DNA of 64,000 nucleotides from Escherichia coli (GTDB lineage Bacteria; Pseudomonadota; Gammaproteobacteria; Enterobacterales; Enterobacteriaceae): NCBI RefSeq assembly GCF_013122565.1, contig NZ_CP053258.1; one strand, 5' to 3'. Shown piece by piece: positions 53,324 to 64,000 of this stretch (position 1 is its first letter; each line of letters starts with the position of its first letter). The notes under the pieces were generated by a model. It saw only the letters and a program-made list of their open reading frames with translations, ran no database searches and was not told where the DNA came from. The position numbers and the translations under genes were made by a program.

Positions 53324-54001
53324 ATGAAACAGTATTTGATTGCCCCCTCAATTCTGTCGGCTGATTTTGCCCGCCTGGGTGAAGATACCGCAAAAGCCCT
53401 GGCAGCTGGCGCTGATGTCGTGCATTTTGACGTCATGGATAACCACTATGTTCCCAATCTGACGATTGGGCCAATGGTGCTGAAATCCTTGCGTAACTAC
53501 GGCATTACCGCCCCTATTGACGTACACCTGATGGTGAAACCGGTCGATCGCATTGTGCCTGATTTCGCTGCCGCTGGTGCCAGCATCATTACCTTTCATC
53601 CAGAAGCCTCCGAGCATGTTGACCGCACGCTGCAACTGATTAAAGAAAATGGCTGTAAAGCGGGTCTGGTATTTAACCCGGCGACACCGCTGAGCTATCT
53701 GGATTACGTTATGGATAAGCTGGATGTGATCCTGCTGATGTCCGTCAATCCTGGTTTCGGCGGTCAGTCTTTCATTCCGCAAACACTGGATAAACTGCGC
53801 GAAGTACGTCGTCGTATCGACGAGTCTGGCTTTGACATTCGTCTGGAAGTGGACGGTGGCGTGAAGGTGAACAACATTGGCGAAATCGCTGCGGCGGGCG
53901 CGGATATGTTCGTCGCCGGTTCGGCAATCTTCGACCAGCCAGACTACAAAAAAGTCATTGATGAAATGCGCAGTGAACTGGCAAAGGTAAGTCATGAATA
54001 A
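53324..54001 (+). CDS. rpe: ribulose-phosphate 3-epimerase
   Basis: 225 aa. Confidence 0.97.
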   Translation: MKQYLIAPSILSADFARLGEDTAKALAAGADVVHFDVMDNHYVPNLTIGPMVLKSLRNYGITAPIDVHLMVKPVDRIVPDFAAAGASIITFHPEASEHVDRTLQLIKENGCKAGLVFNPATPLSYLDYVMDKLDVILLMSVNPGFGGQSFIPQTLDKLREVRRRIDESGFDIRLEVDGGVKVNNIGEIAAAGADMFVAGSAIFDQPDYKKVIDEMRSELAKVSHE

Positions 54002-54752
54002 GTTTGAAGATATTCGCGGCGTCGCTTTTGATCTCGATGGTACGCTGGTGGACAGTGCTCCTGGTCTTGCTGCTGCGGTAGATATGGCGCTGTATGCGCT
54101 GGAATTGCCCGTTGCAGGTGAAGAACGCGTTATTACCTGGATTGGTAACGGCGCAGATGTTCTGATGGAGCGCGCATTGACCTGGGCGCGTCAGGAACGT
54201 GCGACTCTGCGTAAAACAATGGGTAAACCGCCCGTTGATGACGACATTCCGGCAGAAGAACAGGTACGTATTCTGCGTAAACTGTTCGATCGCTACTATG
54301 GCGAGGTTGCCGAAGAGGGGACGTTTTTGTTCCCGCACGTTGCCGATACGTTGGGTGCGTTGCAGGCTAAAGGCCTGCCGCTAGGCCTGGTCACCAACAA
54401 ACCGACGCCGTTCGTCGCGCCGCTGCTCGAAGCCTTAGATATTGCCAAATACTTTAGCGTGGTTATCGGCGGCGATGATGTGCAAAACAAAAAACCGCAT
54501 CCGGACCCGCTGTTACTGGTGGCTGAGCGGATGGGAATTGCCCCACAACAGATGCTGTTTGTCGGCGACTCACGCAATGATATTCAGGCGGCAAAAGCGG
54601 CAGGTTGCCCATCAGTTGGCTTAACCTACGGATATAACTACGGCGAGGCTATCGATCTCAGCCAGCCTGATGTAATTTATCAGTCTATAAATGACCTTCT
54701 GCCCGCATTAGGGCTTCCGCATAGCGAAAATCAGGAATCGAAAAATGACTAA
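53994..54752 (+). CDS. gph: phosphoglycolate phosphatase
   Basis: 252 aa; HAD DLDGTL. Confidence 0.96.
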   Translation: MNKFEDIRGVAFDLDGTLVDSAPGLAAAVDMALYALELPVAGEERVITWIGNGADVLMERALTWARQERATLRKTMGKPPVDDDIPAEEQVRILRKLFDRYYGEVAEEGTFLFPHVADTLGALQAKGLPLGLVTNKPTPFVAPLLEALDIAKYFSVVIGGDDVQNKKPHPDPLLLVAERMGIAPQQMLFVGDSRNDIQAAKAAGCPSVGLTYGYNYGEAIDLSQPDVIYQSINDLLPALGLPHSENQESKND

Positions 54753-55749
54753 GCCCATCGTTTTTAGTGGCGCACAGCCCTCAGGTGAATTGACCATTGG
54801 TAACTACATGGGTGCGCTGCGTCAGTGGGTAAACATGCAGGATGACTACCATTGCATTTACTGTATCGTTGACCAACACGCGATCACCGTGCGCCAGGAT
54901 GCACAGAAGCTGCGTAAAGCGACGCTGGATACGCTGGCCTTGTATCTGGCTTGTGGTATCGATCCTGAGAAAAGCACCATTTTTGTTCAGTCCCACGTAC
55001 CGGAACATGCGCAGTTAGGCTGGGCACTGAACTGCTATACCTACTTCGGCGAGCTGAGCCGCATGACGCAGTTTAAAGATAAATCTGCGCGTTATGCCGA
55101 GAACATCAACGCTGGTCTGTTTGACTATCCGGTGCTGATGGCTGCGGACATCCTGCTGTATCAAACTAATCTGGTACCGGTGGGTGAAGACCAGAAACAG
55201 CACCTGGAACTGAGCCGCGATATCGCTCAGCGTTTCAACGCGCTGTATGGCGATATCTTTAAGGTGCCGGAGCCGTTTATTCCGAAATCCGGCGCGCGCG
55301 TAATGTCGCTGCTGGAGCCGACCAAGAAGATGTCCAAGTCTGACGATAACCGCAATAACGTTATCGGCCTGCTGGAAGATCCGAAATCGGTAGTGAAGAA
55401 AATCAAACGCGCGGTCACCGACTCCGACGAGCCGCCGGTAGTTCGCTACGATGTGCAGAACAAAGCGGGCGTTTCCAACCTGCTGGATATCCTTTCTGCG
55501 GTAACGGGCCAGAGTATCCCGGAACTGGAAAAACAGTTCGAAGGCAAGATGTATGGTCATCTGAAAGGTGAAGTGGCTGATGCCGTTTCCGGTATGCTGA
55601 CTGAATTGCAGGAACGTTACCACCGTTTCCGCAACGATGAAGCCTTCCTGCAACAGGTGATGAAAGACGGCGCAGAAAAAGCCAGCGCACATGCTTCCCG
55701 TACGCTAAAAGCGGTGTATGAAGCGATTGGTTTTGTGGCGAAGCCGTAA
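54745..55749 (+). CDS. trpS: tryptophan--tRNA ligase
   Basis: 334 aa; KMSKS. Confidence 0.97.
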   Translation: MTKPIVFSGAQPSGELTIGNYMGALRQWVNMQDDYHCIYCIVDQHAITVRQDAQKLRKATLDTLALYLACGIDPEKSTIFVQSHVPEHAQLGWALNCYTYFGELSRMTQFKDKSARYAENINAGLFDYPVLMAADILLYQTNLVPVGEDQKQHLELSRDIAQRFNALYGDIFKVPEPFIPKSGARVMSLLEPTKKMSKSDDNRNNVIGLLEDPKSVVKKIKRAVTDSDEPPVVRYDVQNKAGVSNLLDILSAVTGQSIPELEKQFEGKMYGHLKGEVADAVSGMLTELQERYHRFRNDEAFLQQVMKDGAEKASAHASRTLKAVYEAIGFVAKP

Positions 55750-55764
55750 TTTAACATTCATGCC

Positions 55765-55790
55765 AAAAACCGGGGAAACCCGGTTTTTTT
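55765..55790 (+). terminator. trpS intrinsic terminator (accggg gaaa cccggt + T7)
   Basis: GC stem with GAAA loop and T-tract. Confidence 0.8.
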
Positions 55791-55908
55791 ATCCTCATTT
55801 GCAATAATCCGAAAAAATGTGAAGCGCCTCGCCGTTTCCACATCTCCCAGTTGCCACTTATCTTCATTTTAATGAAGATATAAATATTCACTTTATTGAA
55901 AATATATT

Positions 55909-56814
55909 ATGCGTCGAACGTTTATCAAAAAAGAAGGCGTCGTTATCACGACACTGGCCCGTTATTTGTTGGGTGAAAAATGCGGTAATAGGTTGAAAAC
56001 CATAGATGAGCTGGCAACTGAATGCCGTTCATCCGTTGGCCTGACGCAGGCCGCGTTGAAAACGCTGGAATCAAGCGGAGCGATACGGATTGAACGCCGT
56101 GGGCGCAATGGCAGTTATCTGGTCGAGATGGATAACAAAGCATTGCTGACTCATGTGGATATCAACAACGTGGTATGTGCGATGCCCTTGCCCTATACCC
56201 GTTTGTACGAAGGCCTGGCGAGCGGATTGAAAGCTCAGTTTGATGGCATTCCTTTTTACTATGCTCACATGCGCGGTGCGGATATTCGCGTGGAGTGTCT
56301 GCTTAATGGCGTGTATGACATGGCGGTGGTTTCCCGACTGGCGGCGGAAAGTTATCTCACGCAAAAAGGGTTATGCCTCGCGCTGGAGTTGGGGCCGCAC
56401 ACTTACGTTGGCGAGCACCAGTTGATTTGCCGTAAAGGCGAGTCCGCAAACGTGAAGCGCGTGGGGCTGGATAACCGTTCGGCGGATCAGAAAATCATGA
56501 CAGATGTCTTTTTTGGCGGTAGTGATGTGGAACGAGTCGATCTCTCTTATCACGAGAGTTTACAACGCATTGTTAAAGGCGATGTCGATGCGGTTATCTG
56601 GAACGTGGTGGCGGAAAACGAACTGACCATGCTGGGATTAGAAGCGACGCCGCTCACGGACGATCCGCGATTTTTACAGGCCACCGAAGCCGTGGTCCTG
56701 ACGCGTGCCGATGATTACCCAATGCAACAACTGCTGCGTGCAGTTGTTGATAAACACGCCCTGCTCGCCCATCAACAACGAGTGGTGAGTGGGGAACAGG
56801 AACCGAGTTATTAA
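55909..56814 (+). CDS. yhfZ: putative transcriptional regulator YhfZ
   Basis: 301 aa. Confidence 0.88.
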   Translation: MRRTFIKKEGVVITTLARYLLGEKCGNRLKTIDELATECRSSVGLTQAALKTLESSGAIRIERRGRNGSYLVEMDNKALLTHVDINNVVCAMPLPYTRLYEGLASGLKAQFDGIPFYYAHMRGADIRVECLLNGVYDMAVVSRLAAESYLTQKGLCLALELGPHTYVGEHQLICRKGESANVKRVGLDNRSADQKIMTDVFFGGSDVERVDLSYHESLQRIVKGDVDAVIWNVVAENELTMLGLEATPLTDDPRFLQATEAVVLTRADDYPMQQLLRAVVDKHALLAHQQRVVSGEQEPSY

Positions 56815-56830
56815 ACGAAAGGCATCTGAT

Positions 56831-57193
56831 ATGGAAACCAGACTCAACCTGCTTTGCGATGCAGGCGTTATTGATAAGGACATCTGCAAAGGCATGATGC
56901 AGGTCGTCAACGTACTGGAAACAGAGTGCCATCTGCCGGTGCGCAGTGAGCAAGGAACGATGGCGATGACACATATGGCGAGTGCACTGATGCGCAGTCG
57001 CCGTGGTGAAGAAATTGAGCCACTGGATAACGAGTTGCTGGCAGAGCTGGCGCAATCCAGCCACTGGCAAGCCGTTGTGCAATTGCATCAGGTGTTGTTG
57101 AAGGAATTCGCATTGGAAGTTAACCCGTGTGAAGAAGGCTATTTGCTGGCCAACCTTTATGGATTATGGATGGCTGCTAACGAAGAGGTTTGA
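56831..57193 (+). CDS. yhfY: PRD-domain protein YhfY
   Basis: METRLNLLCDAG...; 120 aa. Confidence 0.82.
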   Translation: METRLNLLCDAGVIDKDICKGMMQVVNVLETECHLPVRSEQGTMAMTHMASALMRSRRGEEIEPLDNELLAELAQSSHWQAVVQLHQVLLKEFALEVNPCEEGYLLANLYGLWMAANEEV

Positions 57194-57276
57194 AGCTCCC
57201 GACAAATCCACGTCGCACAACCTAAATATTCAAAAAAATGAATATTTAATTCAAGGAACAGAAACGAGGCAACAAG

Positions 57277-58440
57277 ATGTTTGTAGAAGCATTGAAACGC
57301 CAGAACCCGGCGCTGATTTCCGCCGCACTAAGCCTGTGGCAGCAGGGCAAGATCGCCCCGGACAGCTGGGTGATCGACGTGGATCAGATACTGGAAAACG
57401 GTAAGCGGCTGATTGAGACGGCGCGGCTTTACGGCATTGAACTGTATCTGATGACCAAACAATTCGGTCGTAACCCATGGCTGGCGGAAAAACTGCTGGC
57501 GTTGGGCTACAGCGGCATTGTGGCGGTGGATTACAAAGAGGCGCGAGTCATGCGCCGCGCTGGTTTGCCGGTGGCGCATCAGGGGCATCTGGTACAAATC
57601 CCTTGTCATCAGGTTGCTGACGCCGTTGAACAGGGCACCGACGTCATCACCGTGTTTACTCTCGACAAAGCGCGGGAAGTTTCTGCGGCGGCGGTGAAGG
57701 CCGGGCGAATCCAGTCTGTGCTGCTCAAAGTTTATAGCGACGATGATTTTCTTTATCCGGGGCAGGAGAGCGGTTTTGTACAGCATTCGCTGCACGAGGT
57801 GGTTGCTGAAATTAAGAAACTGCCGGGGCTGCATTTAGCCGGACTAACCCATTTCCCTTGCCTGCTTTGGGATGAGGCTGCCGGGAAAGTTTTGCCAACA
57901 CCGAATCTTCACACGCTGGTACAGGCACGGGATCAACTGGCGAAATCTGGTATTGCGATTGAGCAACTGAACGCGCCTTCAGCGACCAGCTGCACTTCGC
58001 TGCCATTGCTGGCGGAATACGGTGCGACTCATGCCGAACCCGGTCATGCGCTGACCGGTACTATTCCGGCAAACCAGCAGGGCGATCAGCCTGAACGTAT
58101 CGCGATGCTCTGGTTAAGTGAAATCTCCCATCATTTCCGTGGCGACAGCTACTGCTACGGCGGCGGTTACTACCGTCGTGGTCACGCGCAACATGCGCTG
58201 GTGTTTACGCCAGAAAATCAAAAGATTACTGAAACCAATCTCAAAACTGTGGATGACAGCAGTATCGACTACACCCTGCCGCTGGCAGGCGAGTATCCGG
58301 TGAGCAGTGCAGTGGTGCTCTGTTTTCGCACGCAGATTTTTGTCACTCGTAGCGATGTGGTGCTGGTGTCCGGTATTCACCGTGGCGAACCGGAAATCGT
58401 CGGTCGTTATGACAGTCTTGGAAACTCTCTGGGGGCGTAA
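57277..58440 (+). CDS. yhfX: alanine-racemase-like PLP enzyme YhfX
   Basis: 387 aa. Confidence 0.88.
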   Translation: MFVEALKRQNPALISAALSLWQQGKIAPDSWVIDVDQILENGKRLIETARLYGIELYLMTKQFGRNPWLAEKLLALGYSGIVAVDYKEARVMRRAGLPVAHQGHLVQIPCHQVADAVEQGTDVITVFTLDKAREVSAAAVKAGRIQSVLLKVYSDDDFLYPGQESGFVQHSLHEVVAEIKKLPGLHLAGLTHFPCLLWDEAAGKVLPTPNLHTLVQARDQLAKSGIAIEQLNAPSATSCTSLPLLAEYGATHAEPGHALTGTIPANQQGDQPERIAMLWLSEISHHFRGDSYCYGGGYYRRGHAQHALVFTPENQKITETNLKTVDDSSIDYTLPLAGEYPVSSAVVLCFRTQIFVTRSDVVLVSGIHRGEPEIVGRYDSLGNSLGA

Positions 58441-59666
58441 TGGCGCGATTTGTGGTGTTAGTGATTGATAGCTTTGGCGTAGGGGCAATGAAAGATGTCA
58501 CGCTGGTGCGTCCGCAGGATGCCGGGGCGAATACCTGTGGTCACATCCTGAGCCAGTTGCCGCATTTGCAGCTACCAACGCTGGAGAAGCTGGGGCTAAT
58601 CAACGCATTGGGTTATGCGCCAGGCGATATGCAACCGTCAGATTCCGCAACCTGGGGTGTGGCAGAACTGCAACATGAAGGTGGCGATACCTTTATGGGG
58701 CATCAGGAAATTTTAGGCACGCGCCCGTTACCGCCGCTGCGGATGCCCTTTCGCGATGTGATTGACCGTGTTGAGCAGGCATTAGTTTCCGCCGGTTGGC
58801 AGGTGGAGCGCCGTGGCGATGAACTGCAATTTCTGTGGGTCAATCAGGCGGTTGCGATTGGCGATAATCTCGAGGCGGATTTAGGCCAGGTCTATAACAT
58901 TACCGCCAATCTCTCTGTGATCTCTTTTGACGACGCAATCAAAATTGGTCGTATCGTGCGTGACCAGGTACAGGTCGGTCGGGTCATTACATTTGGCGGC
59001 CTGTTAACCGACAGTCAACGCATTCTCGATGCCGCAGAAAGCAAAGAAGGGCGCTTTATTGGCATCAATGCGCCGCGTTCAGGCGCTTATGACAACGGCT
59101 TCCAGGTCGTGCATATGGGCTACGGCGTCGATGAAAAAGTGCAGGTGCCGCAAAAACTGTATGAGACGGGCGTGCCAACCGTGCTGGTGGGTAAGGTGGC
59201 AGATATCGTCAGCAATCCTTATGGCGTGAGCTGGCAAAACCTGGTGGATAGCCAGCGGATTATGGATATCACCCTCGACGAATTTAACACGCATCCGACG
59301 GCGTTTATTTGCACCAATATCCAGGAAACCGACCTCGCTGGTCATGCAGAAGACGTCGCACGTTATGCCGAACGTTTGCAGGTCGTTGACCGTAACCTTG
59401 CCCGGCTTGTTGAGGCGATGCAGCCAGATGATTGCCTGGTCGTGATGGCGGATCACGGTAACGATCCGACCATTGGTCACAGCCACCATACCCGCGAAGT
59501 GGTGCCAGTGCTGGTTTATCAGCAAGGGCTGGTCCACACGCAACTCGGTGTGCGCACCACGCTTTCTGATGTGGGGGCTACCGTGTGTGAATTTTTCCGT
59601 GCGCCACCGCCACAAAATGGTCGCTCTTTTCTTTCCTCCCTCCGGTTTGCAGGAGACACCCTATGA
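58440..59666 (+). CDS. yhfW: phosphopentomutase-like metalloenzyme YhfW
   Basis: 408 aa. Confidence 0.88.
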   Translation: MARFVVLVIDSFGVGAMKDVTLVRPQDAGANTCGHILSQLPHLQLPTLEKLGLINALGYAPGDMQPSDSATWGVAELQHEGGDTFMGHQEILGTRPLPPLRMPFRDVIDRVEQALVSAGWQVERRGDELQFLWVNQAVAIGDNLEADLGQVYNITANLSVISFDDAIKIGRIVRDQVQVGRVITFGGLLTDSQRILDAAESKEGRFIGINAPRSGAYDNGFQVVHMGYGVDEKVQVPQKLYETGVPTVLVGKVADIVSNPYGVSWQNLVDSQRIMDITLDEFNTHPTAFICTNIQETDLAGHAEDVARYAERLQVVDRNLARLVEAMQPDDCLVVMADHGNDPTIGHSHHTREVVPVLVYQQGLVHTQLGVRTTLSDVGATVCEFFRAPPPQNGRSFLSSLRFAGDTL

Positions 59667-60541
59667 GTTTTGATCCGACGGGCTACACCTTCGCCCATGA
59701 ACATCTGCATATTGATCTTTCCGGCTTTAAAAACAACGTGGACTGCCGCCTTGATCAGTATGCGTTCATTTGCCAGGAGATGAACGACCTGATGGCACTG
59801 GGTGTGCGTAATGTGATTGAGATGACCAACCGTTACATGGGGCGCAATGCACAATTTATGCTCGATGTAATGCACGAGACGGGGATCAACGTGGTGGCCT
59901 GTACCGGTTATTACCAGGACGCGTTTTTCCCGGAACATGTGGCGACCCGCAGCGTGCAGGAACTGGCGCAAGAGATGGTCGATGAAATTGAGCAGGGTAT
60001 CGATGGCACGGAACTGAAAGCCGGGATCATCGCGGAGATCGGCTCCAGCGAAGGGAAGATTACGCCGCTGGAAGAGAAGGTGTTTATTGCCGCCGCGCTG
60101 GCACATAACCAGACCGGACGCCCGATCTCCACGCATACGTCGTTCAGCACGATGGGGCTGGAGCAACTGGCTTTGTTGCAAGCCCACGGAGTTGATCTTT
60201 CGCGCGTCACCGTTGGTCACTGCGATCTGAAAGACAACCTCGACAACATTTTGAAGATGATCGATCTCGGCGCGTACGTGCAGTTCGACACCATTGGTAA
60301 GAACAGTTACTACCCGGACGAAAAGCGTATTGCGATGCTTCATGCGCTACGCGACCGTGGTTTGCTGAACCGCGTCATGCTGTCGATGGATATTACGCGC
60401 CGCTCCCATTTAAAAGCCAACGGTGGTTATGGCTATGACTTTTTATTGACCACCTTTATTCCGCAATTGCGCCAGTCAGGATTCAGTCAGGCCGATGTGG
60501 ATGTGATGTTACGTGAAAATCCCTCTCAATTTTTCCAATAA
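59663..60541 (+). CDS. php: phosphotriesterase homology protein
   Basis: 292 aa; N-terminal HxH metal motif ([10 protein letters not shown]). Confidence 0.9.
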   Translation: MSFDPTGYTFAHEHLHIDLSGFKNNVDCRLDQYAFICQEMNDLMALGVRNVIEMTNRYMGRNAQFMLDVMHETGINVVACTGYYQDAFFPEHVATRSVQELAQEMVDEIEQGIDGTELKAGIIAEIGSSEGKITPLEEKVFIAAALAHNQTGRPISTHTSFSTMGLEQLALLQAHGVDLSRVTVGHCDLKDNLDNILKMIDLGAYVQFDTIGKNSYYPDEKRIAMLHALRDRGLLNRVMLSMDITRRSHLKANGGYGYDFLLTTFIPQLRQSGFSQADVDVMLRENPSQFFQ

Positions 60542-60551
60542 GGACAGACTC

Positions 60552-60905
60552 ATGAAAAAGATTGGCGTTGCAGGCTTACAGCGTGAGCAGATTAAAAAAA
60601 CCATTGAAGCGACGGCTCCTGGCTGTTTTGAAGTTTTCATTCACAACGACATGGAAGCGGCAATGAAAGTGAAATCCGGGCAACTGGATTACTACATCGG
60701 TGCGTGTAATACCGGTGCGGGCGCGGCATTGTCGATTGCCATCGCGGTGATTGGCTATAACAAAAGTTGCACCATTGCCAAACCAGGCATTAAAGCGAAA
60801 GACGAGCATATCGCCAAAATGATCGCTGAAGGAAAAGTGGCGTTTGGGCTTTCTGTTGAGCACGTCGAACACGCGATTCCGATGTTGATTAACCATCTGA
60901 AATAA
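60552..60905 (+). CDS. yhfU: DUF2620 protein YhfU
   Basis: 117 aa. Confidence 0.82.
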   Translation: MKKIGVAGLQREQIKKTIEATAPGCFEVFIHNDMEAAMKVKSGQLDYYIGACNTGAGAALSIAIAVIGYNKSCTIAKPGIKAKDEHIAKMIAEGKVAFGLSVEHVEHAIPMLINHLK

Positions 60906-60916
60906 AAGGCACGACT

Positions 60917-62221
60917 ATGGATCTGTATATTCAGATTATCGTGGTGGCGTGCCTGACGGGTATGACATCGCTTCTGGCGCATCGCTCGGCGGCTGTTTTT
61001 CATGACGGTATCCGCCCGATCCTGCCGCAGCTGATTGAAGGCTATATGAACCGTCGCGAGGCGGGGAGTATCGCTTTTGGTCTGAGCATTGGTTTTGTGG
61101 CCTCGGTGGGGATCTCTTTTACCCTGAAAACCGGGCTGCTCAACGCATGGTTACTCTTTCTTCCTACCGATATCCTCGGCGTACTGGCGATAAACAGCCT
61201 GATGGCGTTTGGTCTTGGCGCTATCTGGGGAATATTGATCCTCACCTGTCTGTTGCCGGTAAACCAGCTGCTGACCGCGCTACCGGTGGATGTATTAGGT
61301 AGCCTCGGGGAATTAAGCTCGCCGGTGGTTTCTGCTTTTGCACTGTTCCCGCTGGTGGCGATTTTCTACCAGTTTGGCTGGAAGCAAAGTCTGGTCGCCG
61401 CCGTGGTTGTTCTGATGACCCGTGTGGTAGTCGTGCGCTATTTCCCACATCTTAACCCTGAATCCATCGAAATCTTTATTGGCATGGTGATGCTGCTGGG
61501 GATCGCGATAACTCACGATCTGCGTCATCGTGATGAAAATGACATCGATGCCAGCGGGCTTTCGGTGTTTGAAGAGCGCACGTCGCGGATTATCAAAAAC
61601 TTACCCTATATCGCCATCGTGGGAGCATTGATTGCCGCCGTTGCCAGCATGAAGATTTTTGCTGGCAGTGAAGTGTCGATCTTCACTCTGGAGAAAGCAT
61701 ATTCCGCAGGCGTGACGCCGGAACAATCGCAAACGCTGATCAACCAGGCGGCACTGGCAGAATTTATGCGCGGGCTGGGTTTTGTACCGTTGATTGCCAC
61801 CACCGCCTTAGCAACGGGTGTGTATGCAGTTGCGGGCTTTACCTTTGTTTATGCGGTGGGCTATCTCTCGCCGAATCCGATGGTTGCAGCGGTATTAGGC
61901 GCAGTGGTTATTTCGGCGGAAGTCTTGCTGCTTCGTTCTATCGGCAAATGGCTGGGACGCTACCCGTCGGTGCGTAATGCGTCGGATAACATCCGTAACG
62001 CCATGAATATGCTGATGGAAGTGGCGCTGCTGGTCGGTTCGATTTTCGCAGCAATTAAGATGGCGGGTTATACCGGATTCTCTATCGCGGTTGCCATTTA
62101 CTTCCTCAACGAATCCCTGGGCCGTCCGGTACAGAAAATGGCGGCACCGGTCGTGGCAGTAATGATCACCGGTATTCTGCTGAATGTTCTTTACTGGCTT
62201 GGCCTGTTCGTTCCGGCTTAA
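60917..62221 (+). CDS. yhfT: inner-membrane transporter-like protein YhfT
   Basis: 434 aa polytopic. Confidence 0.88.
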   Translation: MDLYIQIIVVACLTGMTSLLAHRSAAVFHDGIRPILPQLIEGYMNRREAGSIAFGLSIGFVASVGISFTLKTGLLNAWLLFLPTDILGVLAINSLMAFGLGAIWGILILTCLLPVNQLLTALPVDVLGSLGELSSPVVSAFALFPLVAIFYQFGWKQSLVAAVVVLMTRVVVVRYFPHLNPESIEIFIGMVMLLGIAITHDLRHRDENDIDASGLSVFEERTSRIIKNLPYIAIVGALIAAVASMKIFAGSEVSIFTLEKAYSAGVTPEQSQTLINQAALAEFMRGLGFVPLIATTALATGVYAVAGFTFVYAVGYLSPNPMVAAVLGAVVISAEVLLLRSIGKWLGRYPSVRNASDNIRNAMNMLMEVALLVGSIFAAIKMAGYTGFSIAVAIYFLNESLGRPVQKMAAPVVAVMITGILLNVLYWLGLFVPA

Positions 62222-62232
62222 GGAAGGCACCT

Positions 62233-63318
62233 ATGAAGACGTTTCCTCTGCAAAGCCTGACGCTTATTGAGGCGCAGCAAAAGCAGTTTGCGCTGGTGGA
62301 TAGCATTTGTCGCCATTTCCCCGGCAGCGAGTTTCTTACTGGCGGTGATTTAGGCTTAACGCCAGGACTGAATCAACCGCGCGTTACCCAGCGTGTGGAA
62401 CAGGTGCTGGCTGATGCATTTCACGCACAGGCTGCGGCGCTGGTGCAGGGCGCGGGGACTGGCGCGATTCGCGCCGGGCTGGCGGCTTTGCTCAAACCGG
62501 GGCAGCGTCTTCTGGTGCATGACGCGCCTGTTTACCCGACGACACGGGTTATTATTGAGCAGATGGGGCTGACGCTTATTACTGTTGATTTCAATGACCT
62601 GTCGGCACTGAAGCAGGTCGTCGACGAGCAACAACCGGATGCGGCGCTGGTGCAGCATACGCGCCAGCAGCCGCAGGACAGCTACGTGCTGGCAGATGTG
62701 CTGGCAACGTTGCGCGCGGCAGGTGTTCCAGCGTTAACCGATGACAACTATGCGGTGATGAAGGTGGCGCGAATCGGCTGTGAATGCGGCGCGAATGTCT
62801 CGACATTTTCCTGCTTCAAGCTATTTGGGCCAGAGGGTGTTGGTGCAGTGGTCGGCGATGCTGATGTTATCAACCGTATTCGCGCCACGCTTTACTCCGG
62901 CGGTAGCCAGATCCAGGGCGCACAGGCGCTGGAAGTATTGCGTGGTCTGGTGTTTGCGCCAGTGATGCACGCGGTGCAGGCAGGGGTATCTGAACGGTTG
63001 CTGGCTTTGCTTAACGGTGGTGCGGTGCCGGAAGTGAAAAGCGCGGTGATTGCTAATGCGCAGTCGAAGGTGTTGATTGTCGAGTTTCATCAGCCGATTG
63101 CCGCCAGAGTGCTGGAAGAGGCGCAAAAGCGCGGTGCCTTGCCTTACCCGGTGGGTGCAGAGTCGAAATATGAAATCCCGCCGCTCGTTTATCGCCTTTC
63201 CGGAACGTTTCGCCAGGCGAATCCACAATCAGAACATTGTGCGATTCGCATTAACCCGAATCGCAGCGGTGAAGAGACGGTGCTGCGGATTTTGCGTGAG
63301 AGTATTGCCAGTATTTAA
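62233..63318 (+). CDS. yhfS: PLP-dependent aminotransferase-family protein YhfS
   Basis: 361 aa. Confidence 0.88.
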   Translation: MKTFPLQSLTLIEAQQKQFALVDSICRHFPGSEFLTGGDLGLTPGLNQPRVTQRVEQVLADAFHAQAAALVQGAGTGAIRAGLAALLKPGQRLLVHDAPVYPTTRVIIEQMGLTLITVDFNDLSALKQVVDEQQPDAALVQHTRQQPQDSYVLADVLATLRAAGVPALTDDNYAVMKVARIGCECGANVSTFSCFKLFGPEGVGAVVGDADVINRIRATLYSGGSQIQGAQALEVLRGLVFAPVMHAVQAGVSERLLALLNGGAVPEVKSAVIANAQSKVLIVEFHQPIAARVLEEAQKRGALPYPVGAESKYEIPPLVYRLSGTFRQANPQSEHCAIRINPNRSGEETVLRILRESIASI

Positions 63319-63360
63319 TGCTGGATAGCACCGTCAAGCTAAATTCCGTACTGAACGGTC

Positions 63361-63396
63361 CCCTCGCCCCTCTGGGGAGAGGGTTAGGGTGAGGGG
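63361..63396. repeat. GC-rich palindromic intergenic repeat (ccctcgcccctctggggagagggttagggtgagggg)
   Basis: Inverted CCCTC/GAGGG arms read from the sequence. Confidence 0.5.
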
Positions 63397-63431
63397 AATG
63401 TGCGGGATGTAAAATTCAGTGCGCCAGCATC

Positions 63432-63467
63432 GCCGGATGCGATGCTGGCGCATCTTATCCGGCCTAC
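63432..63467. repeat. canonical REP element (gccggatgcgatgctggcgcatcttatccggcctac)
   Basis: Match to REP consensus. Confidence 0.8.
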
Positions 63468-63469
63468 GG

Positions 63470-64000
63470 TTAATGTCTTTTATTATCAATCGTTAAGGTG
63501 ATGCGATTGGCGCGGCAGAAGAGTTCGGAGACGTGCACCGGTTTGTCATTCTGATCAAAGGCGATTTTGCTGATGCGAAACAACGGTTCGCCCAGTTCGC
63601 ATTTCAGCCATTTTGCCTGCGGGCGGGTGGCGGCAAAGATATCGATGGTCTTTTTGTCGCTGACCACTCGCGTGTCAAAACGCTCCTGAAATAACTGATA
63701 GGTGGAGCTTCCTTCGACGTAAATCTCATCAAAGTCAGGATAACGCGACAGCGGGATCCATGAACTATCAATAAACAGCGGCTCTTTATCGAGATACATC
63801 ACCCGGCAGAGATGGAACACTTCGCTGTTTCCGGGGATGTTCAGCTTTTCGCAAAACGGCGCGGCACTGACCCGTTCCTGTTCGATCACTTTCTCTTTCG
63901 TCGCCTTGCCTTGTGAGACGCCAAAATCGGTAAAACCACTGACAGTAAGCAGGGCGTTTTCAACTTTCTGGCTTTGTACAAAGGTGCCTTTTCCCTGCCA
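63470..64000 (-). CDS. frlR: GntR-family regulator FrlR, C-terminal (UTRA) part; gene continues beyond the window end
   Basis: ...VIEQERVSAAPFCEKLNIPGNSEVFHL... to stop at 63470; frame stays open to the window edge. Confidence 0.85.
   Translation of the reverse strand, partial: WQGKGTFVQSQKVENALLTVSGFTDFGVSQGKATKEKVIEQERVSAAPFCEKLNIPGNSEVFHLCRVMYLDKEPLFIDSSWIPLSRYPDFDEIYVEGSSTYQLFQERFDTRVVSDKKTIDIFAATRPQAKWLKCELGEPLFRISKIAFDQNDKPVHVSELFCRANRITLTIDNKRH

Noticed and set aside
59519-60343. 274-aa minus-strand ORF inside php/yhfW
   Set aside because: Antisense to well-supported genes.

Overview
This window reads as an Escherichia coli chromosomal segment, colinear (in reverse orientation) with the K-12 glpD–malT–feo–ompR/envZ–pck–mrcA–hof–aroKB–dam–trpS–yhfZ..yhfS–frlR region. 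About 60 conserved core genes can be called from the ORF translations, with start codons adjusted where the longest ORF overshoots the known protein. No rRNA, tRNA, CRISPR array, IS element or integrase was seen. Three blocks look like strain-specific insertions compared with the K-12 layout as I remember it (no alignment was run): (1) a compact, co-directional operon of unrecognised proteins at 1-3050, upstream of the glpD terminator; this is the most interesting candidate: it contains a tandem paralog pair and a membrane protein split by an in-frame TGA; (2) a GNAT-toxin/DUF1778-antitoxin type II TA pair between rtcA and malT; (3) a HigB-2/HigA-2-like TA pair between envZ and pckA. Also visible directly in the sequence: an apparent frameshift in rpnA (yhgA), a canonical sigma-54 promoter for rtcBA, MalT/GntR/Fur/FNR-like operator motifs, several REP/BIME palindromes and intrinsic terminators. 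All homology statements come from reading the translations, not from database searches.
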